A stretch of DNA of 32,000 bases from the NCBI GenBank assembly GCA_944329425.1, contig CALVIG010000004.1, forward strand, positions 59,323 through 91,322, read 5' to 3'. Below the pieces are notes generated by a model. It was given only the letters and a program-made list of their open reading frames with translations, did not search any database and was not told where the DNA came from. This stretch comes from an uncultured Bacilli bacterium. GTDB taxonomy: Bacteria; Bacillota_I; Bacilli_A; RF39; UBA660. Shown here piece after piece: positions 26,118 to 32,000 of the stretch; the first letter of the stretch is position 1; each line of letters opens with the position of its first letter. A program made the position numbers and the translations under genes.

Positions 26118-27016
26118 TATATCTTCAAATACTTTCTTACCGCTCTATAGCTTCCAAACATACCAACAACAATACCCAAACCAATTAATACAATTGATAC
26201 AACGTATATAAATGGTTCTGCTTCAACCAGCTTAATAAACGGCGAAAATAACTGTCCACCAAAATGTTCATATAAAGCTGAGTAACCATATAATGTTACA
26301 CCAACCGGTATCAATGATCCTAAAAAGCCTAAACACAATCCTTCAATAACAAACGGCTGCTTAATTGAAAAGTTAGAAGCTCCTACTAACCTCATTATTT
26401 CTATTTCTCTTTTTCTTGAAAAAATGGTTATTTTTATCGTATTTGTTATTAAGAAAAGTGTTACCAATACAAGTGCAATCATTGCAACTATCATAGCTTT
26501 TTCTAAGAACTTAAATACCACAAGTAATTCTTCTACCATTTCTTTACCATACTTTACGTCTTCTACTAATTCTAATTTTTCAATTTGTTTAGCGGTATCG
26601 GAAATTTTTTCAGTATCCTTCACCTTAACCAATAAAGTATCATATAAAGGATTAGTTTCTTCTGACCATGTATCTATTATATTAGCAAGATCATCAGACG
26701 TGTTTTTCATTTCATCTGCTATTTGAGTTTTTGTTTCGTGCTCAATTGACTCCACGTTTTTATATTTTTTTATCTCATCTTCCAAATCTTTTATTTGCTC
26801 ATCCGTTGCGGAAGTATTTATAAAAGTAACAATTGTAAAATCTTCTCTTATAAGTTTTGTCATGTTTTCAACATTATATGAAACCACTATTGCAGTAGCT
26901 ACTATTAATAAAGTAATTGTAATACAAGAGATTGAAGCTATAGATAAACTAAGATTTCTTCCAACACTTTTAAAACCATCTCTTATGTTTCTTAAAAATA
27001 TTCTAATTGCTTTCAT
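26117..27016 (-). CDS. ftsX: cell division permease-like protein FtsX
   Basis: Four-TM FtsX topology with a large extracellular loop. Probable ATG at 27016 (MKAIRIFLRNIRDGF). Follows ftsE. Confidence 0.85.
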   Translation of the reverse strand: MKAIRIFLRNIRDGFKSVGRNLSLSIASISCITITLLIVATAIVVSYNVENMTKLIREDFTIVTFINTSATDEQIKDLEDEIKKYKNVESIEHETKTQIADEMKNTSDDLANIIDTWSEETNPLYDTLLVKVKDTEKISDTAKQIEKLELVEDVKYGKEMVEELLVVFKFLEKAMIVAMIALVLVTLFLITNTIKITIFSRKREIEIMRLVGASNFSIKQPFVIEGLCLGFLGSLIPVGVTLYGYSALYEHFGGQLFSPFIKLVEAEPFIYVVSIVLIGLGIVVGMFGSYRAVRKYLKI

Positions 27017-27701
27017 AACTACTATAACTTCCTTTCTCATAATCTTTAACCAATTTACCATTATCAAGTAATACTACACGTTTTTTCATTTTATTTACCA
27101 TTTCTCTATCATGTGTAGCCATTACTATGGTAGTACCCAAATCATTTATTTTTTCAATTACCTTCATTACTTCTAAACTAGTATCAGGATCTAGATTACC
27201 AGTTGGTTCATCACAAATAAGTAATTTTGGAGAATTAACAATGGCTCTTGCGATTGCAACACGTTGTTGTTCACCACCTGATAACTGATCCGGATAACTT
27301 TTAGTTCTTGATTTTAAACCAACTAAATCAAGTGCTTTTAATACTTTCTTTCTTACTTCTTCAGTTGGTAATCCATAAATTTCAAGCGCAAAAGCTACGT
27401 TTTCATACACGGTAAGTTTAGGTAATAATTTATAATCTTGGAAAACAATTCCAATTTTTCTTCTTAATTTATATACCTTACTATTTTTTACCTTTGCCAC
27501 GTTAACACCGCCAACATAAATTTCTCCTTTAGAAGGCTTTTCTTCTCGGTATAACATTTTTATTAAAGTTGATTTCCCCGAACCGGAAGCACCTATTATA
27601 AAAACGAATTCGCCTTTTTTTATTTCTAAATTCATATCATATACGGCATTAACACCATTTTTATACGTTTTTTCAACATCTCTAAATTTTATAAATTCCA
27701 T
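27003..27701 (-). CDS. ftsE: cell division ATP-binding protein FtsE
   Basis: ABC ATPase with GASGSGKST, LSGGEQQR and LLICDEPTGNLD. 232 aa. Confidence 0.9.
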   Translation of the reverse strand: MEFIKFRDVEKTYKNGVNAVYDMNLEIKKGEFVFIIGASGSGKSTLIKMLYREEKPSKGEIYVGGVNVAKVKNSKVYKLRRKIGIVFQDYKLLPKLTVYENVAFALEIYGLPTEEVRKKVLKALDLVGLKSRTKSYPDQLSGGEQQRVAIARAIVNSPKLLICDEPTGNLDPDTSLEVMKVIEKINDLGTTIVMATHDREMVNKMKKRVVLLDNGKLVKDYEKGSYSSYESN

Positions 27702-27724
27702 TTATATCCCTTCCTTTACTTCTT

Positions 27725-28627
27725 TTAAATATTACTATTTCCGCTATATGTACCAGAAGTTTGATAAGCATCAGTTACCAAAACTACTGCTTTTGGATCA
27801 ATTTGTCCAATACCTTCTTTTACTTTAAAATAATCACCAGTAGGAACAACACACATAATTATTTGGTCTTTTTTATTTGTATAACCACCTCTTGTTTCAA
27901 TTAAAGTAATACCAAGTTTTAATTCATTTAATAAATAATTGCATACCCTATCATCTTCATCAGTTGTAATGTAAACAGCCTTATTACCCGATATACCAAG
28001 AACAACTTTATCAACCATTATGTTTATTATGTATAAAACAATCATTGCATATAGCACTCTTGTCCAACCAAAGAAAAATCCTCCTAGTATTACAATCAAA
28101 CCATCAGTCATTAACATTGAAGTTCCTATAGAGATTTTAAAATATTTTGAAACAATTTGATTTAATATATCTGTACCCCCGGTTGTAAATCCACTTTTAA
28201 ACACAATCCCAGAAGCAAATCCCACACAAACGCCACCTATTATTGTTATAAGTAGTAAATCCGAATTATCTATGTTTATATAACTATCTATATTAACCGT
28301 TAATTTTACAAATATAGGAAATAGAAGTGAACCAACAATTGAGTCTAGTGTTTGTTTTTTTCCAAGCATAAAATAACTTAAAACCAAGAAAAATACGTTA
28401 ATAATTAAAATCATTATTGAAGGATCTATCAATTTTTGTGTTATTATTGATATTCCGCTGGCACCACCATAAACAATGTTATTCTTAAAAAAGAATAAAT
28501 TATAAGCAACAGCATATATAAGTACCGCAATTATTAACAAAACATACCTTTTTAATAAGTGAGCTTTTTCAACAATTGGAAGTATATTGCTACTTCTTTT
28601 AGCCCTTAATTTTTTAAGCCATCCCAT
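27725..28627 (-). CDS. YitT family membrane protein (DUF2179 C-terminal domain)
   Basis: Five to six TM helices (GGASGISII, GFTTGGTDIL) plus a soluble C-terminal domain. Confidence 0.75.
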   Translation of the reverse strand: MGWLKKLRAKRSSNILPIVEKAHLLKRYVLLIIAVLIYAVAYNLFFFKNNIVYGGASGISIITQKLIDPSIMILIINVFFLVLSYFMLGKKQTLDSIVGSLLFPIFVKLTVNIDSYINIDNSDLLLITIIGGVCVGFASGIVFKSGFTTGGTDILNQIVSKYFKISIGTSMLMTDGLIVILGGFFFGWTRVLYAMIVLYIINIMVDKVVLGISGNKAVYITTDEDDRVCNYLLNELKLGITLIETRGGYTNKKDQIIMCVVPTGDYFKVKEGIGQIDPKAVVLVTDAYQTSGTYSGNSNI

Positions 28628-29721
28628 TTTTATTTTCCTTTCTTAAATAACTATCAACAAATTCATCTATGTTGCCATTAAGAACTTTATCAACGTTTGA
28701 CGTCTCGTAACCTGTTCTATGATCTTTAACCATAGAATACGGATGAAGCACATAACTTCTTATTTGAGAACCAAACTCTATGTTACTATTACTGCTTTTA
28801 ATTGAGTTTATTTTATCCTGGTTTTCTTTTTGCTTTAAAGCATATAATTTACTACGTAAAACTTGTAGTGCAATCTCCTTGTTTTTTATTTGACTTCGCT
28901 CATTTTGGCAAGTAACCACGATACCAGTAGGTATGTGTGTTATTCGTACGGCAGAATCAGTTGTATTAACTCCTTGACCACCAGCACCACTACTTCTGTA
29001 AACATCTACCCTAATATCAGAATCATCTATATTAATATCTATATCATTATCAAATTCCGGTATTACCTCAACAGCCGCAAACGAAGTATGTCTTCTATTA
29101 TTTGCATCAAATGGTGAAAGTCTAACGAGCCTATGAACTCCTTTTTCTGATTTTAAATATCCATACGCATAACTTCCTTTAACTATGTATGAAACGCTTT
29201 TTATTCCAACTTCTTCTCCTGGTTGTTCATCAATAAGTTCATATTTAAAACCTTTTTTATCAAAGTATCTCAAATACATTCTAAGAAGCATTTGAGCCCA
29301 ATCCTGACTTTCAGTTCCACCAGCTCCAGCATGTATTTCAAAAATAGCGTTCTTACCATCAAATTCTTCTCCTAAAAACGCAACCGTTTCTTGCTCTTTC
29401 AAGAGTTTTAAGGTTTCTTCATATATTTGTTGGTACTGTTCAGACAAATTATTATTTTCTTCTTTTAAAGAAAAATCATCATATAAAGATAAAAACTCAA
29501 TATTATCCTTTATTATTAAAACAGGGTTAATAATTTCTTTTAAATGATTTATCTCCTTTATTTTTTCTTCAGCTTGCTTTCTGTCGTTCCAAAATTCTGG
29601 ATTGTTATACTCTTTTTCAAGCAAATTTAATTTTTTAGTTTTTTCGTCTAAGTCAAAGAGACCTCCAAATATTATTATATGATTCATTTAAACTAACAAT
29701 GTCTTTGTTTGTAATCTCCAT
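28614..29721 (-). CDS. prfB: peptide chain release factor 2, requiring a programmed +1 frameshift
   Basis: Frame 0 is MEITNKDIVSLNESYNNIWRSL, then in-frame TGA. The +1 frame continues DLDEKTKK... with SPF and GGQ motifs (RLSPFD, SGAGGQGVN). Confidence 0.95.
29652..29666 (-). promoter_or_regulatory. RF2 autoregulatory +1 frameshift site: GGAGG-tct-CTT TGA C
   Basis: On the minus strand the internal SD-like GGAGG is at 29662..29666, CTT at 29656..29658, TGA at 29653..29655 and C at 29652. Confidence 0.9.
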
Positions 29722-29738
29722 ATAATCACCTATTATTA

Positions 29739-29747
29739 ATTATAACA
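29739..29747 (-). promoter_or_regulatory. candidate extended -10 (TGTTATAAT) for prfB
   Basis: Reverse complement of attataaca. An AGGTGA RBS lies just downstream. Confidence 0.4.
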
Positions 29748-29778
29748 TAAAATTTTGATTAATGAAATTAAAGTGTAT

Positions 29779-29810
29779 TAAAAAATGCTGGGATTATTTT
29801 CCACAGCATT
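29779..29810 (-). terminator. rho-independent terminator attached to the secA relic
   Basis: aatgctg (29784..29790) pairs with cagcatt (29804..29810) across a 13-nt loop, followed by T5-6 on the minus strand. Confidence 0.5.
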
Positions 29811-29856
29811 GTTTGTACTTTTTACCCGAACCACATGGACTGAGTGATACTATTTT
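29794..29856 (-). pseudogene. secA: relic of the SecA C-terminal zinc-binding tail (no start; preceded by an in-frame TAG)
   Basis: Hand translation gives (TAG) KIVSLSPCGSGKKYKQCCGK (TAA). PCGSGKKYK.CCG is the SecA/SEC-C tail motif. It sits immediately upstream of prfB, where secA lies in Bacillus-like genomes. Confidence 0.6.
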
Positions 29857-30043
29857 CTAGCAATAACTTGCGAATAAGTTGTAATTAATGTAACTATTTT
29901 GTAAGATTTTCAACAAAATTTCAAAAAATTCTCTCAGAAGTTATCTAAAAAGGTATCTAAAATACTTTTTTAATAGTTTTTCGCATTTTTTTTGTAAGAT
30001 TTGCAAAAAATGATCTTTTTTATATTTAAAACTGTTTCTAAAA

Positions 30044-30760
30044 TCAAGTCCAAAATGTTAATAAATCTATTTCATATCCCTTTTTCTTTACCTCATCAAC
30101 TATTTTTTTGTAAGTATCTGATTTCATATTTTTCATTCTTCTATATCCACCAAACGATTTTGGGGCAATATTAGGTAAATTTTCAAGCAACCAATAATAT
30201 TGCTCTCGAACCTTTGACTCTTCTATATATGGATCTATTATTCTTTTTTGATAATCCTCTTTTGTTTCATCTCCCATTTTTGCACAAAAATCTTGTAAAT
30301 TATGAAGCTCATCCAATCTAGTACCATGAAGTTTATCAATATTATTATGTTCTATTCTAGCTTCATCAAATCTTCCAGCCAAAATCAAAAAATCAACCAG
30401 TCTTTCGTAATTATCTCTCGTATACTGATAAAAAGATAAAGGATATAATTCATTAACCTTTCTTAAGCATTCAATTGCCAAATCATATTGTTGATTATTC
30501 TTATATTCAGTTGCTTGTCTACTTAATATTTGCTCTGGCATATATACAACGCTTCTTCCACCATCAGAATATCTTTTTGCTTCTTCAACAGGTATTGATC
30601 TTATACCAGCTACAGATGTTAAATCATATCTATCTTTAAATTCTTTTATACGTTCGTTATTATATTTATCATATTCTTCTTGATTAAAATTATCATCACT
30701 TTGATAACTATTCTTAACAATCGCATTAAGAGATTCAGATATTTTGCCAAAAAGAGACAT
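30044..30760 (-). CDS. hypothetical helical protein (238 aa), possibly TPR-like
   Basis: ATG with an AAGGAG RBS, 14 nt after the upstream gene's stop. No catalytic motif recognised. Confidence 0.65.
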   Translation of the reverse strand: MSLFGKISESLNAIVKNSYQSDDNFNQEEYDKYNNERIKEFKDRYDLTSVAGIRSIPVEEAKRYSDGGRSVVYMPEQILSRQATEYKNNQQYDLAIECLRKVNELYPLSFYQYTRDNYERLVDFLILAGRFDEARIEHNNIDKLHGTRLDELHNLQDFCAKMGDETKEDYQKRIIDPYIEESKVREQYYWLLENLPNIAPKSFGGYRRMKNMKSDTYKKIVDEVKKKGYEIDLLTFWT

Positions 30761-30774
30761 ATAATCACTCCTTT

Positions 30775-32000
30775 TTAATCATCATATGGTTCTATTGCTT
30801 TTAAAGAATTATTAGCATTTACATTACAACGATTTTCAAAATTCATACATATATTAAATGAATCACCTTTAATTAAATTCATTTCACTTAATTTATCTCT
30901 ATCAAATTTTATTGAATAAACATAATCATCATTTATTTGGCCTTTTCTATCTCTTCTTTGAGTATAAGAGGAAATGGTTATTTTATGAATCTTAGGACTA
31001 ATATTAAAAATATTTCCAACTACAAAAAGCGCTAATCCAAAAACATAATTCTTATAATCACTATATAATTCTGCTTGAGTTTTATCTTTCAATTTCATAT
31101 TACCATTAGCTAATTGAACTGCTTTCTGGTTTGGGAAATCTTCTATTTCTGGTAAATCCAGGTCAATTAGTAATAGATTTTCATTTTTTCTATAATCATA
31201 ACTAATATTACACTCAAATGGCATTTCTAATTCTGAAAACCATAAATCAATATCATTACATACGTAATCCCTATCGCCAGCAATAATGTTTTTTAAATAT
31301 TTTTTTGTATTTTCATATTTTTCTTTAAACTTTATATTATTTTCTATTTCTAACTTTTTCTCATTTTCTTCAAATTCTTCTTTTTGTTTTTTCCAATAAT
31401 CATATCTGATTTTATATATCTCATCATATTTACTGTTTACATATTCTTCTCTTTTTTTCTTTAAAGACCATACAGCTATACTTTTTATTTCCTTTATTGC
31501 AATTTTTAATAAATCAGCTTTTACACTGTCTTCTGTTGGCATAGGCATATCAAATTCTTTCTTATGATATTCTTCAGCCTTTAAATTGTTCAATTCATCA
31601 ATATAATCTTGTTCGTTAAAAATTTTTTCAGGACATAATTTATTAATATTAATTAAATCATTATTAGTTTTATTATGTTCTATAACTTTATTTAACATTT
31701 CTTGATTATGTTCTCTTTGCATTCTATCTTTTTCAGCTTTAAACTCATCAGTTCTTTTAATTTTGTTAATTAAACTTTGATCAGTTATTTCAGTGCCATT
31801 CGGATAAAAATAGGTCATGTTTCCATCATCATCCATATGTAGTCTAATAGTTGTTTGAACAATAGTTGGTTGAGATTTTGTTCTAGGCTTGCTATAACTT
31901 TTAGGAGATGAAGAAGTTACATAGGACAAGCCAGTTCCAGGTATTCCTATATGTTTTGTTTGTCTACCTTTTGAGTTAAAAGAATATCCATATCCTCTTC
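30775..32000 (-). CDS. DUF4236-domain protein (5' end beyond the window)
   Basis: The frame stays open upstream of the ORF-track TTG. Hand translation of 31930..31998 gives RGYGYSFNSKGRQTKHIGIPGTGLSY, matching the C-terminal part of the DUF4236 motif (...G.R.T.GIPGTGLSY). Followed by a K/E-rich coiled coil and an unknown C-terminal domain. Confidence 0.6.
   Translation of the reverse strand, partial: RGYGYSFNSKGRQTKHIGIPGTGLSYVTSSSPKSYSKPRTKSQPTIVQTTIRLHMDDDGNMTYFYPNGTEITDQSLINKIKRTDEFKAEKDRMQREHNQEMLNKVIEHNKTNNDLININKLCPEKIFNEQDYIDELNNLKAEEYHKKEFDMPMPTEDSVKADLLKIAIKEIKSIAVWSLKKKREEYVNSKYDEIYKIRYDYWKKQKEEFEENEKKLEIENNIKFKEKYENTKKYLKNIIAGDRDYVCNDIDLWFSELEMPFECNISYDYRKNENLLLIDLDLPEIEDFPNQKAVQLANGNMKLKDKTQAELYSDYKNYVFGLALFVVGNIFNISPKIHKITISSYTQRRDRKGQINDDYVYSIKFDRDKLSEMNLIKGDSFNICMNFENRCNVNANNSLKAIEPYDD

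Larger units (their letters stand above)
29857..32000 (-). mobile_element. possible insertion (second accessory block) between the secA relic and the window end
   Basis: Non-housekeeping two-gene operon occupying the position where secA is expected. The far boundary is outside the window. Confidence 0.35.

Noticed and set aside
521-29117. All plus-strand ORFs in the track (521..751, 1630..1875, 2387..2614, 3645..3854, 5481..5711, 5886..6149, 8224..8550, 9836..10030, 11253..11438, 13880..14113, 17322..17543, 19014..19217, 20444..20629, 21179..21382, 23261..23461, 26424..26726, 26862..27071, 28890..29117)
   Set aside because: Each lies antisense inside a well-supported minus-strand gene. They have low-complexity, hydrophobic or Ser/Phe/Ile-rich translations typical of shadow frames in AT-rich DNA, and no RBS.
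1-32000. CRISPR arrays, rRNA/tRNA genes, IS elements, integrases
   Set aside because: There are no regularly spaced direct repeats, no cloverleaf-capable GC-rich segments, and no DDE, tyrosine or serine recombinase-like ORFs in any frame of the ORF track.

Overview
AT-rich (roughly 70% A+T by eye) low-GC Bacillota-type chromosome segment. Every credible gene lies on the minus strand. I found no rRNA, tRNA, CRISPR array, transposase or integrase. The backbone is housekeeping and follows Bacillus-like synteny, listed here in ascending coordinates: rpsR-ssb-rpsF, ychF, DUF951, MscS-family channel, parB-parA, whiA, trxB, lgt, YvlD-like membrane protein, uvrA, uvrB, M23 peptidase-ftsX-ftsE, YitT-family protein, and prfB with its classic +1 frameshift site. 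UGA acts as a stop there, so the genetic code is 11. Several accessory insertions interrupt this backbone. (1) The strongest signal is at uvrB. The intact gene (17300..19255) is separated from a diverged, truncated copy of its own first 91 codons (23755..24027, about 77% nt and 81/91 aa identity by hand alignment) by a cassette of about 4.5 kb. The cassette is bounded by imperfect 25-bp direct repeats (19344..19368 and 23644..23668). It encodes a PD-(D/E)xK-like plus DUF2075 P-loop/UvrD_C-like nuclease-NTPase, a Nudix hydrolase, a decayed SAM-methyltransferase, a small ORF and a lipoprotein. I read it as a recombinase-less genomic island carrying a candidate anti-phage module, possibly fed by the displaced uvrB promoter. 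(2) Upstream of prfB, where secA is expected, only a relic of about 20 codons of the SecA C-terminal zinc-finger tail plus its terminator remains (29794..29856). It is followed by a two-gene operon (DUF4236-domain protein plus a 238-aa helical protein), which suggests a second insertion into a gene end. (3) Other oddities are a type IV pilin-like protein with a C-terminal dockerin module, a DUF3419-like SAM-MTase wedged between uvrB and uvrA, an ArpU-like/GNAT pair, and two orphan proteins in the rpsF-ychF-DUF951 block. All functional calls rest on motif recognition by eye; no database search was possible.
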